This document shows, in pieces, positions 25,968 through 37,496 of a stretch of 64,000 bases of DNA. The DNA is from Lophium mytilinum (taxonomy: Eukaryota), in assembly GCA_010093605.1 (NCBI GenBank), contig MU004186.1, forward strand, positions 761,765 to 825,764, in the 5' to 3' direction. A program made the position numbers and the translations under genes. The notes beneath the pieces are model-generated. The model searched no databases. It had not been told where the DNA came from and was given only the letters and a program-made list of their open reading frames with translations. Positions within the stretch are counted from its first letter, which is position 1; each line of letters begins with the position of its first letter.

Positions 25968-27965
25968 GGTGTGGCAGCTTCAGCCTCAGACGGCGTGCTG
26001 GGCCTCTGGGGCCGCTCGGCGGGCGATGGGTGATGGAAGTCGCTCCTTGCGTTGTCGCGTGGAGTGGTGATCTGCGCAGAGCCCTAGGTGGCAATTGGCG
26101 ACTTAGCGGCGACGGGAGCGAAGGCGCGCGAGAGGGGCAGCGTGCGCAGCGGTCGCAATGCAGATGGCGGGCGCGGTGAGGGCTTGCGAGTTGGGATGGA
26201 GGTGGTGAGCGTGGTGATGGGAGGTGAGGTGAGTTGAGGCTGGCAGGTCGCGGGCCTAAACCCAATCTTGTCGCGGCGGGAAATGAGGAAAGCTTGGGGC
26301 GGGCAGCGCGCTGGGCGGCGTATTGGCGAGAGCACGACGCGGAGGGCGCTGGGGGCGCTGGGGGCGCTGGTGATGGGGGACTGGGGGTGGAGAGGTGCAG
26401 CGGTGCAGCAGTGTAGGAGAGTGTGAGGTGATGATGAAGGTACCCGCGCTGCAGGCTGGAAGGGGCGATGCGATGGCGGTCCTGGTGGCAGCGGCGGCGA
26501 CAGGGGCTGCTGGAGAGCGAGATGCTGTCCGCTGTGGGAGGTCTTGCTTCTTGCCCTCTCACTGTCTAGCCCCATGCAGGCGACTGGACGGCCATGAGCC
26601 TGGGGCCGCTTATTTGAATCGTGTGCCAGCGTCAATTGCGATCAAGCTTCTGCCTTCTGGAGAGACGAGACCAGCCTGTCATCCGCCCTGCCTTCACCAT
26701 GCACAAGATGCCAGACTAGCAGCCGACAGCGTCATCCATCGCCCGGAACCTCCTCATATCACAGCAGTACAGACAGTGCTTCTGATTCCTCATCAGCTTC
26801 ACTCCCATCCCTTTCTGGACCGTGATACAGCCGCAGGCCTCGAAGATCACCTTCTAGCGCGCTGCTTCCCCGGCAAAATACCCATCTCCCCATCCCCGAC
26901 GCCCCTCTAAGCGCAGCATTCACCGACCTCACCCAATCACCCTCCACCATCGCCCTTCTTCACACTGCCCATCAGCGCCCGCAATCCTCCTCTCCTCAGC
27001 CTCTCCTCTCGCCATCCTCTCCCTCATAGCAAGCGCCCTCACCTCGCATTTTCTCCACCCTTCGGCCCTTCAATTGAATCACATCCGAGTCAACACCCCC
27101 CATCCGCAGTTCACCCGCCACACCCACCGTGCTTGTGCGACGGGCGGGCGGCTACCACGCCAGGCCCAACCCTGCCCCAGCCCGCTCCTCGCAGCCTATC
27201 ACCGCCCGCCCTCGCCCATCGGCACACTGTGGCGCGAGCTTGCATGGCCCGCGCGCCCGAGGCGACGACCGCCTTCGAGGCCTGTTACGCGCTCGGGGGA
27301 TTATGCACTGCGCGCCTCTAGCGGAGACCGCGGACGCAGGTCTGCGTTTTTGGAGCTACGGAAGTGCCATAGGAGGGGTTTCGTGAAGGATGGCATAGCA
27401 TCGCGAGGACGCATGGCGGCGGTGTTCTGCGGATAGTGTGGGAGGCTGTCACATGCGCCCGCCCGTCGCTGGTCGCACTGGGTGTGGCTCATGAGCTGGG
27501 GAGGTTGCACCGAGCGTCATGGGCTAATGAGTGGATGGTTGAAGGATGTTTTGGGAGGGGGATCACGAGGTTGGGATTTTACCAAGGGAGCGGTACGATA
27601 AGGGAATTGAGGGGAGCTTGGGAAGGGTGTGGTGATGGATTTACTCAAACTTATATTGTCTAGCTCTTGGGTTGGATAGCGAGGCTTGGGGTTAATAGGT
27701 GTGCCACACCTTTTATACGGTTCAAGGATGGTGAGTCAACAGTGTAGATCGGATTCTTCGAAGTAATCACAGACTACCTAAGCATATTTGATTCTGCCTA
27801 TGCGCAGGACATGGAGGCAGTGTTAGCATAGCTGGAGCGACCGGTGTACAAGATATTATCACATTTCTTGCATTTCATACCAGCAATTCTAAGTCATTTA
27901 AGACTGACTAATACCACGCCGAATTGCTCCAACGCATTTTGCCGTTACTAGTAGCACCCAACCCA

Positions 27966-29549
27966 TCAGAACTCCGCTTTCTTCCTCAAGAAAGACCCAC
28001 CAACGCTCTTTCGCTCCATTGTCTTGGGTTTCTGCGGCTTTCGCTTGCTTTTCGTGTCCGCACCCTTCCCCTTCCCCTTTTCCCGACCCCTTAGCCAGTG
28101 CTCTCTGAGCCCTCGGGAGGCCAGGTTCACCTTCGGCGACAGTAGCTCGTTGGGCTTGGCCAAGACACGCATGTAGACCGGCCCACGCTTGACATCTTTG
28201 ACGTGTCTGTCGGCCTGTTCAAGGAATTTGATATGATGCTTCTTCTGCTCGATTTTGCGGTCCTCGACGCTCGTGTCGATGAACTCGGGCGGTGGTGTCA
28301 CAGGGCGCTTTTCGGGCGCTGCCGCAAGTAGGGATTCCGGGAGCAGGTCAGGGAGATCCGCATCGAACTGAGCCATCTTGGAATCTTTCTTTTGGGCTTT
28401 CTTTGCGAGCTTCTCCTGGCGCCGCTGCTTTTGCTTCTGCTCCTCGGCCCGTCGTTCTGCGCGTACCTGGCGTTTGCGTTCAGAGGCTGCCAAAGCTTCG
28501 TCGATGGCTCTGCTTGCTTCTGCCGCCGAGGCCTTGGTCTGTTGGATGGCGGAAGCATGGGTGATTGCTTCGGGCGCTTCGTCGTCATCGCTGGACTCGT
28601 CCCGGTCTGCGGGAGTGGGACTACCCTCCGTTGCAGCGGGTTGCGATGATGTGGCCATAGGTGCCTCGGGCTCCTCGCTACCAAATCGTATGTGCTTCCG
28701 GCTCGTTGATGCAGCTGGTACAGATTCCAGAGGGGTTGAAGCAGTGTCGATGGCTTCGTCTGTCGTAGAGTTCGCGCTCTTTCTACCCTTTTTCTTTGGT
28801 AGAGATGTGTCAACTATCGAGTCTACTACCGTATCTGGTTTGGAGGATTGGTGGCCATGCTCTTTGGGGTTGCGAGACGGTGTACCGGCTTGTTGGCTTC
28901 CAGCAGGTGTGGCGGAGTTTGATGCTTGGGTGGTAGAAGGAGATGCATTGCTCAGCCTTTGGATAGAGGCTTCTGGGTCCTTATCTGTACGTGGGATACG
29001 CGGCGAGGGCCATACCCGTATAGGCCGTGAAGCCGAAGCTGTGAGTTCGATACTAGGACTAGTAGGAGCAGAGGTTTTGGTTCGTCTGCTGGAGGTCTCT
29101 TTTGCACTTCCAACGCCCTCGACATCCTCCTCGGATAACTCGCGGTGGCTCCGCAAAGGCAAGCGCTCAGCAGGAGTTTTATCTCCTTGAGCAGCCTTCA
29201 AGAGTTGTTCTCCAAGGCCAGCTACGTTGCCCTCTGCATCCCCCTCGTCCTGCCCACGCGCTACAATTGTGTCCAGCAGGTTCTCGGAATCGTTGCTAGC
29301 GCCATCGGTATGGTCTCCGGCTTGTCGTCTCCTTTTAGCATCAGACACTGGCGAAGAGCGTTCATCTAGCAATCTTTTGGAGCGGGTTTGTGCCTTCCCA
29401 GAGTCAACGGCGGGGCGTCTCGTTGCGACCATAGTTTCGTCAGGACCAGTGTCGCAATCCGGCCGCGTTGACTGTATGGTTGGTATATCTTGTCCTGAAG
29501 GCGTCCGGCTGAGGAGACTGCGGGTGCGGCTGTAAAGTTGCGAGAACAT
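27966..29549 (-). CDS. Nucleolar protein with a C-terminal U3 snoRNA-associated (Bud21/Utp16-like) region
   Basis: 527-aa ORF containing RKHIRFGSEE, DDDEAPEAI, a charged helix, LPDLLPESLL and a Lys-rich C-terminus. Confidence 0.6.
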   Translation of the reverse strand: MFSQLYSRTRSLLSRTPSGQDIPTIQSTRPDCDTGPDETMVATRRPAVDSGKAQTRSKRLLDERSSPVSDAKRRRQAGDHTDGASNDSENLLDTIVARGQDEGDAEGNVAGLGEQLLKAAQGDKTPAERLPLRSHRELSEEDVEGVGSAKETSSRRTKTSAPTSPSIELTASASRPIRVWPSPRIPRTDKDPEASIQRLSNASPSTTQASNSATPAGSQQAGTPSRNPKEHGHQSSKPDTVVDSIVDTSLPKKKGRKSANSTTDEAIDTASTPLESVPAASTSRKHIRFGSEEPEAPMATSSQPAATEGSPTPADRDESSDDDEAPEAITHASAIQQTKASAAEASRAIDEALAASERKRQVRAERRAEEQKQKQRRQEKLAKKAQKKDSKMAQFDADLPDLLPESLLAAAPEKRPVTPPPEFIDTSVEDRKIEQKKHHIKFLEQADRHVKDVKRGPVYMRVLAKPNELLSPKVNLASRGLREHWLRGREKGKGKGADTKSKRKPQKPKTMERKSVGGSFLRKKAEF

Positions 29550-29736
29550 GAGGCTATGCGGAGTGTGGTGAATTTATATGTGGAGATCCTGGGAAAATTC
29601 CAGCGAAATCGCGCCAAGAGAAAATATCTCGCCAAGGCCGGCGGAGATGGAAAGAGCTCCTCCGCAACTTCACGGTTTCACAGCTCCAGTGCACTTGGAC
29701 ACGCTTCTATCCAAGACAATACAGCTTCAATGCGCC

Positions 29737-31274
29737 ATGAAACCCCCTCGCCTAGCCCTCCGTCCCCTTCATAACGCGCTTCTGGGCGACAATGTCTGCG
29801 TCTGGTGTCACACCCGCCAATTCCTCGACCGTCCCACGCGCCGCTCCGCCGCAAGAAGACCTTCGAAGGCTCCATCCACGCGGACGCGCGAGGCGGCAAA
29901 TAGACCCAGGGTCTATCTTCCCACAAGGGAGGATTTACTGCAACAGCAAAGTCAAGAATCTGCTCAGATAATGAGAGATCGCTTAGGAAGCGCAAGCGAC
30001 CAACGTATGATATCAATGCCAGCACGGGAGGCCGAAATTCTGATTCAGGAGTATCAGAGCTGCACGCTGCAAGAACTACGGGAACGTATGCACATCCTGT
30101 ACCAGAGCGCTCTTCCTGACTCTACTTTTCTTTGACATATCCTAACTCATGAGAACTGTTAGGATACGAATATCCCCTCGAAGCATACTCACCTCTCGCC
30201 CGTCTACTTCTCCGCATTCCAGACAAGAGTATTAACAACACCGGCCGACGACTGATTCTGGAGTGCTCTGCGGCAAATGATCCTCTTGCCACACTCATCA
30301 TCCTGGGTTCCTTGCGCAGAAAGGATGGATGGGCCCGGGAAATTCCCAAAGCAGAAATCCTTCACGCCAGACAGCATCTTAAAGCCCTTGCCCACCAGGA
30401 AAGCTCCCCAGACGCCATGGTCCTTGTCGGCTTGGACCTAAGGGCTCAGAACCGCGATAAAGAAGCTCGTGTGCTGTTTGAGTCTGCTTTGCGCAAAGTA
30501 TCTGCCGGTGAGATGTTGGATGTCAATTCTGGAGTGACAGGTGATAAGCTGCAATTCAAGGTCGATCAAGTCCGGGGCCATGACCTTCTCCCCATTCCTG
30601 CTCCTTGGATCGCTCTCGGCAAACTTCTCCTTGAGAAGGGTGACCTGGAAGCTGCTAAGGCTGTTCTGCATGACGGAGCTTTGAAAGCCGACGACCCGAT
30701 GGCGTACTTCTACCTCGCTGAGTGTGGGGAGATGTACTCGGACGAGTGGCTCGAGTACATGACCAAGGCAGCTGCATCTGGGCATCCCGATGCCATGTTC
30801 CACATGGGCAACTTCTACGCACAAAGCAAGCAGCAAGCGAAGGAATCGGTGGGACCAACGGGATACCATCACTTGAAGGGGCTAGACGCTTATAGGTCAT
30901 GGAAAGCAGGACCAGGTTGGTTACGCAGCTTACCAGGCCTTCCCAAGGACTTAGCACTCTCTGGGCGAGAAGCAATGGCAGTCGAGTGGTATTTGCTGGC
31001 GTTCGAGGATGCACATAGGCCGGCGGCCGTCGCGTTGGCGCAAATCCTTCGAAGGAAATCCGCGTGGTGGGCTGCAGCTGAAGCTCTAAGGGACGTTCTT
31101 GCCAACAGATGGGATATGTTTGACGTGGACGAGGGGGGCCCGCAAGCGAAAAGAGAGGCCATAGCGTTGAGCAGGATATGGATGGCTGAGGAGAAAGAAC
31201 AAGGGCTGACGTTCACGAAGGACGTAGTAGACGATGCTAAGAAAGGAGTCTCCAGACCTCCACCCGAGGGGTAG
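29737..31274 (+). CDS. Sel1/TPR-like repeat protein with a putative mitochondrial presequence (possibly Mss2-like), 2 exons
   Basis: Basic N-terminus MKPPRLALRPLHNALL. Intron at about 30085-30162. Sel1-like repeats EYMTKAAASGHPDAMFHMGNFY and EWYLLAFEDAHRPAAVALA. Confidence 0.65.
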
Positions 31275-31687
31275 AACATGTTGTCGTGTTGTGCTGTACT
31301 GTATTGGTGTATTGTAATTAGTAGATTATACCTGTAGACTCTAGATGTATCATTAGTCCGACGCCTCATCTGGCAGCTCGTCCTGTAATTGAGACTTGCA
31401 AAGTTATAGCCGCAACAAAGATCTATCTTGAGGCTAACACCCGTCCTCAATAGTGAATGATAAATGAGCTAGGCTTTGTTTGAGAATGCCGCTGCGACCA
31501 GGGTCGTGGTTCGGTGGCCGTCGATCGCTAGCGGGCTATGAAACACCTGCCCAGCAGCTCTGCCTTTCGCAACGCTGACCTCCCCATTCTCTCTCCACCC
31601 AGACCGCCGCCGTGGTTCCATATTCCTACACACTTGAGGTCCTGTTTCTTGTAGCCTCCTGTATTATACCCCTCCAACCGCTTCCCA

Positions 31688-33985
31688 ATGGCCGGCCGCT
31701 TCGTCAGAGCCTCCAAATATCGTAAGTCTCGCGCGTGCCCGCCAGCTGAGCTTACACTGATGCGCTGCCTGCAGGACATGTCTTCGGACGGTCGACAAAG
31801 AAGGCACGCCTAGATGAGTTTCTGCTGCTTCGACTCGACCTTATCTGACGCTCTTTACTTCCAGGAACAATGCTATGACAACCTTCGAATCTCCAAGAAT
31901 GCGTGGGACAGCAACATCATCAAGGTCCGCATATCCCATACGCAGCCCCGTACACGATTACTGAGTCCCGAGCCAGGCAAACCCTGAATACATATCTGTC
32001 AACTGGGAGGCCAGTGGAGGAGGAGCCTTTGCCGTTATCCCTATCAATGAGCGCGGTAGACTGCCTGAACAGCTGCCACTTTTCCGAGGCCACACTGCAG
32101 CAGTGCTCGACACCGACTGGTAAGGACGAGTCGCTATAGCATTGGCAAGACTGGAGTGCTGAATAATTTGCAGGAGTCCCTTCAACGACTCTCTAGTCGC
32201 ATCAGGCTCTGACGACGCAAAGGTGCGTGCACCCCATGCAGGTATAGACACTGGGCGCTGAACTACGCATAGGTCTTCATCTGGGAAGTCCCGAAAGATT
32301 TCACTCTATACTCGGATGCAGAGGAACCAGCAGACGTCGCTCCGGTAGCCAAACTGACTGGACACACCCGGTGCGTCCAAGCTAAATACCTTCTATTATA
32401 ACGGCACTGACTCCGTGTAGGAAAGTAGGACATGTGCTCTTCAATCCTGCTGCTGAAAACGTCCTCGCTAGTTCTTCGGGTGACTGCACTGTCAGGCTGT
32501 GGGATGTGGAGGCTGGCGCCACCAAGCTGAGCCTGAAACATGCCGACATCCTGCAGTCAATGTCGTGGAATGCCGACGGATCTCTACTCGTTACCACCAG
32601 CCGCGACAAGAAGATGCGCATTTGGGATACCCGACAAGAAAAACCTGCGCACGAAGTGCCTGGTCACCCTGGCGCAAAGAACAGCCGTGCCGTCTGGATG
32701 GGTGAACATGACAGGATTGCCACTACCGGCTTCTCGAGGATGAGCGATCGCCAATTGGGTCTTTGGGACTCGAGATCGCCAAAAGAGCCCATTGGCGGGT
32801 TCACTATCTTGGACTCTATTTCAGGTGTCTGCATGCCTTTCTGGGATGAGGGCACTCAATGCTTGTATCTCGCTGGGAAAGGGTCAGTACACGCCCACTC
32901 ATACCGAGAAGTCAGCTAACTCGTCAAAAGCGATGGAAACATCCGGTACTACGAATACGAGCACGACAAGTTCGAGTATCTGTCTGAGTATAAATCAGCA
33001 GATCCGCAGCGAGGCATTGCTTTCATGCCGAAGCGAGGCATCAACGTATGTCATCCGCTCCGTTTCCCTCATGAACCCTACTGATAGGTCACAGCTACAC
33101 GACAATGAGGTGCTCCGTTGTTTCAAGACGGTTAGCGATTCTTACATTGAACCGATCTCATTCATTGTTCCTCGGAGAGCCGAAGTCTTCCAGAGTGACA
33201 TCTATCCTCCGACCACAGGTAGTAAGCCTGCAGTATCTGCTTCTGAATGGTTTGGTGGCAAGACTGGTTTACCCCCAAAGATTTCACTGGAGAGTGTCTA
33301 CGAAGGCGATGTACCCGCGGACATACCATCCGAGTACAAGCCATCGGCATCAACTGCACCTGTCGTCAGCCCACCAGCCGCGAAGGCCGAACCTGAGACT
33401 CCTAAGCCAACCCCAGCTCCGACATCGACGGTGGCAGCGCGAGGTCCAGCCCCGACCATGAAGGACAACAAAGCTTCTATTGCCACAATGGCATCCAAGT
33501 TTGCCGACAAGGACGACGAGGATGACGACGAGGAAGATGAAACATCCAGCTTTGAGGAAATCCCCAAACCGATCGAGCGCCCTACAGTTGCTGCTTCTCG
33601 GGTAGAAGAGAAGGCCAAAGAGCCCGAGCCACCGAAAGCAGCTGCAGGCACAACGGTGCCAAAGGCTACCCCTGTTTCTACTTCTCCAGCTCCCCAAGTG
33701 GCTCCATCAACACAAGACACACCGGTCCCAACCCCCGCCCCGACAACTGCCCATCATGGCCCTACCCCTAGTGGCGCTGCTGCGGGTATCAAGGACTACC
33801 TGACAGACATCAAGTCCCTGTTAGAGCAACAAGCCCACGCCATGACGACCCAGAGTGAGCAAATCGCGAACCTGACTCAAGAAGTCAACACCCTGAAATC
33901 CAAGGTCGGTGACCAGGGCAACACAAGGGCGAAGGACGAACGTATTCGGCAGCTCGAGCTGGAACTCGAAGAGGCGAGATCTTGA
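31688..33985 (+). CDS. CRN1: Coronin (WD40 actin-binding protein), about 9 exons
   Basis: MAGRFVRASKYRHVFG, EQCYDNLRISKNAWD, WD repeats, YLAGKGDGNIRYYE, EPISFIVPRRAEVFQSDIYP and a C-terminal coiled coil. Confidence 0.95.
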
Positions 33986-34842
33986 GCATCTCGTCGTGAC
34001 AGAAGTTGAGTGTTTCCCAATTTCACATTATCATAAGCGGAGAAGTTGGGGTGGTATCGGGTCTAATACGATACGGTTCGCTTCCTGTTGGCTTAGCATT
34101 AGCGTTTGAAAAGCGGGCATGGTCGGCCTATGCGAGTGTATCCTTTATGGGGCGAGACTGTCTCTTGTAGCTGGTTGGGTTTGGTGCAATGATAAACGTT
34201 CATGAATAGAAAGGTCACTCTGGAAGCAGAGGCATTTTTTTAAAGTACAGTGCCTTGTCATAGATTTCTGTACACTCCTTTGCCACTCTTTGGCGCTCTT
34301 CAACGTACTAATTGAAACCGGAGGAAGCAGATACACTTCTAATCTCTCTTTGTACATTAAATACACCCTGCTGACACTGTCTGGGGTAGCCTCGCGAGTA
34401 TAATGGTTGTCCAAAATGCCGAATTTATCTCTCATTCGGATTGCCAGAACTACCATGAGGCTCCTCACGCAGCGGCGAACGAGTGTACGGATATCTATGA
34501 CAAGGCATTCCATGTTTTTACTCCGCGTTAACTTGTGACATTCTCCTTCTTTTCGTCTTTCTTTTACAGACCGATGGTTCGTAATGTTCTTCCTCTCCCG
34601 CCTTCCGCCTCTCGTGTACTCTTTTGAGATTCATCTCTTTCTACCAATGGCTCCTCACTTTGCCATGCAATCCGTTATCAGCGCTCCCTTCTCGATAAAA
34701 CTCCGCACCGTTCCGCTGATATCCTCGCTTCCATCCCTTAACTTCACCCTACAACACCTCACCTTACTTCAACTACCTTCCATGACCTCAAACCCTTCCC
34801 TCGACAACCAACGCCATAAGCTTCTTCTTCTTCCACAATCCA

Positions 34843-36285
34843 ATGCGGTTCGTCGGGAGTCGCGATCCTGAATCCAACAGCATGGCTAACCCGCTTCATC
34901 AGACTACGACAGCAGCTCCAGCTGAAAAGAGCGAAAACGAGCCGGACGGCATGACGCCTGCGCAAACGGCCGAACAGACATTGATACAGGCAGCTGAAGC
35001 TAGTAAGAGCTTCGTACCGAACATGCTAGGTTATATCGCTCAACCGCAGAATCAGCAGCGCGACTCTATGGGCTTGGATAGCACTGAAGCAGGGCCAGGA
35101 AAAGAGATTGAGCAAGTCGACCTGAGCTCGGGTCTCGGAGGCCAGGAGACAGAAATTCAAGAACTTCCCAAGCAAGCTCCGCATTCGGACTACCGCGCGA
35201 CAGTCGAAGATGCTGAAGATGAGGACGACAGTATCATTGCGAATCCGAGTAGTGGTGGTTGGTCAATGGCCCAATCAGTCTGCGAGCAAGCTCGACTCCG
35301 TCGTGAACTACAAGCCCGAGTCGAAGACGCAGAAGATGACGATGGGAGCAGTGCTAGCTCCGCAAACTCTACCGGTATCGATGGCCCACTCATTCGCCCT
35401 GTTGACGAAGTCATGGATGACGGCTTCGACAAGTTTGGTATGGCTAAAGAACCCATCACTGGACGCACCGGCCGCAATGTCGCCTCGCTGTTCACGACCC
35501 CCAATCCAGAAAACCATCTTACCAAGCCCACAGCTCATCACCAGGCCAAGAAGCAGCGCACCAAGCTCTCCTATCGCCATCCACAGGTCGAAGACAACAT
35601 GAGCTATGAAGAAGAGGATATCTCCAAGTGCTTGCAGTCCCAGAACATCAAATCCCAGCCCGAGGCACAAGAGCAAGGCCACAAACAAGTGCTCCAGGAG
35701 ACTGACCAGCAATGCGAGCCCATCCGTCGAAGCATTGAGCCTACCTCCGCCCCGTTCGTCTACCAGAAGCCGCCGGCGACTCCATCCCGTCGCCAACAAT
35801 ACCAGTCGTTGCAGGCGTCCCTCCACCTGAAGCCCACCGCCCCTGGCTCACGCAAGCGTACGCATGACTCAAATCCCACGAACGCAGACCAAGCCTACGG
35901 ATCCAGTCCCCCGACTGCCCACGGTTTGGCGAAGTCCCAGTCATCGTCCAGCTTCAAACCTTCCCTGCTGTCGCGTCCGGTCTTGCAACCGCGCTCCAGG
36001 ATTCCCGCGACGCCCTTGCCCCACCCACCAGCCTCGAAGCACGACAGAGTACAGGTCGTGGTCCGCGGTCCAGACGGCAGCGAGCTGACCTACAACATCA
36101 AGCGCAAGACGCCAATGCGGAAGCTGATGGAGCAGTTCCGCAAGCAGAAGGGCCTGAGCGACGGGGTGGTGTTCAATTTCGAGGGCACCCGCGTGACGGA
36201 GGAGGATACGGCGGAGAGTCTGGAGATTGAGGAAGATGGGGAGGTTATCCAGGTCTTTATGATTGCGATTGGTGGAGGCGATTGA
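34843..36285 (+). CDS. Intronless protein with a ~400-aa low-complexity N-terminus and a C-terminal SUMO-like domain ending IGG-GD
   Basis: Bases 36043-36285 encode DRVQVVVRGPDGSELTYNIKRKTPMRKLMEQFRKQKG...VFNFEGTRVTEEDTAESLEIEEDGEVIQVFMIAIGGGD. This is collinear with the SUMO/Smt3 pattern (FKIK+TTPL++LM+AF; F.++G.RI....TP..L++E+.D.I.....QIGG). Start codon is uncertain (34843 or 34882). Confidence 0.75.
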   Translation: MRFVGSRDPESNSMANPLHQTTTAAPAEKSENEPDGMTPAQTAEQTLIQAAEASKSFVPNMLGYIAQPQNQQRDSMGLDSTEAGPGKEIEQVDLSSGLGGQETEIQELPKQAPHSDYRATVEDAEDEDDSIIANPSSGGWSMAQSVCEQARLRRELQARVEDAEDDDGSSASSANSTGIDGPLIRPVDEVMDDGFDKFGMAKEPITGRTGRNVASLFTTPNPENHLTKPTAHHQAKKQRTKLSYRHPQVEDNMSYEEEDISKCLQSQNIKSQPEAQEQGHKQVLQETDQQCEPIRRSIEPTSAPFVYQKPPATPSRRQQYQSLQASLHLKPTAPGSRKRTHDSNPTNADQAYGSSPPTAHGLAKSQSSSSFKPSLLSRPVLQPRSRIPATPLPHPPASKHDRVQVVVRGPDGSELTYNIKRKTPMRKLMEQFRKQKGLSDGVVFNFEGTRVTEEDTAESLEIEEDGEVIQVFMIAIGGGD

Positions 36286-36643
36286 GGGGTGGGGAGGGTG
36301 GTGGCGACTCAAGGGTATGTTGCAGCATCTTTTCTGGATGGTTGTGATTGAAGGGTCTATTGGCTGGAGGAGAGAGGGTTTGGGCTATTTCTCTTTCGTT
36401 TGTCGAGGCTATTTCTTAGTCGTGAGGACACTGTGAGTAGCTTCACATAGCCTTGATAAGTTATCATTTCTCATCACTTTTAAGCATGATTTGAAGGCAG
36501 TGAGCTTTCATATGCTCCTTTTTCAGGCATTCGGTATGCGTCTCGACGCGAGGTAGTCTAAAATGAGCACATCACCCTCAACACTGATCTAACCCTTCGT
36601 GATGTTGTAAAAACCATTGCAGAACTCCAGAACCAAAACAGTA

Positions 36644-37410
36644 CAGCACTAGACCAGAAAGCTAGGCATGCAGATCCGTTACTGTTTAGCTTCAGCTTTT
36701 GCTCACTCAACACCACTGTAGGGAGTAGCCTGGCTGCTGAGCAGCTAAATAGTCAAGAAGCAGTCTAATATGCACTGCTTGAAACTTGATATAGGAAAAA
36801 ACCGTGCAGTACTAGGCCATAAGTCTGGGCACACAGATTAATTACCATTTAGATCCATCTTGCTTACTTGATACCACAGTAAGGAGTAGCCCAGCTAATT
36901 AATAGAAGGTGGGTTAAGTAGCAGTCTGATCTGCAGTGCTTGGAATTTAATATCGCGGCTAGAGGTTTATAACCTTATAGGGGGACCCCAAGCAGTGGTG
37001 AAATAGTGTACTCAGACTTCTAGCTTAACGCTGATTACTGGACTATAAGTCTAAGCACACATTCTAGCACTATTTAGTTCTAATGTTGATTACTTGATTT
37101 TACTGTAGGGGGTACCCTGGCTACTTGGTAGGTAGTAAGCTAAGAGGTTGTCTAATTTGCACTGCTTAGATTAAGGCACTTGTAGAGATAGACCATAAAT
37201 CTAGATACACGGATTCATTACTGCTTGGCTTCAATCTTGCTCACTTAACATCACTGTAGGGGGTAGCTTGGCTGCTGAACAGCCAATCAGTCCAGAGGCA
37301 GTCCAAACTACACCGCTTGAAACTCAACATCGGCCTCGAATCTTCAAGATCCTGTCAAGGTACCCCAAACAGTGGTATATGGGTGTATACATGCTTATAG
37401 CCAGTCACTG
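36644..37410. mobile_element. Head-to-tail cluster of four decayed copies of the MITE-like element (about 36644-36795, 36807-37033, 37034-37175 and 37183-37410)
   Basis: Recurring blocks TAGGCCATAAGTCTGGGCACAC, ACTGTAGGGGGTAGC, GCAGTCTAAT.TGCACTGCTT and CCCCAAGCAGTGG. Units 2 and 4 end in the inverted TIR; unit 4 ends CCAGTCACTG-TA. The region is AT-rich and has no ORFs in the track until 37268. Confidence 0.75.
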
Positions 37411-37496
37411 TATCACACACTACGCGCATCCCCAACTCCTTCCACCACCCTAACCCTCCACCCAACGTTCTCCTCTACTCTACCCACCTCCCAAGC

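Noticed and set aside
25804..26635. Long ORFs upstream of PSR1 suggesting an N-terminal extension
   Set aside because: They are low-complexity, the 252-aa one is out of frame with the ATG at 25967, and an in-frame TGA lies five codons upstream of that ATG. Most likely a GC-rich 5' leader.
28378..29190. 270-aa antisense ORF, and similar antisense ORFs over SNX41, GYP5 and galactose oxidase
   Set aside because: Shadow ORFs opposite well-supported GC-rich genes.
36644..37410. Possible CRISPR-like or satellite array
   Set aside because: Eukaryotic context. Units are 140-230 bp, degenerate over their whole length, and carry TIRs with dispersed copies, which fits MITEs.
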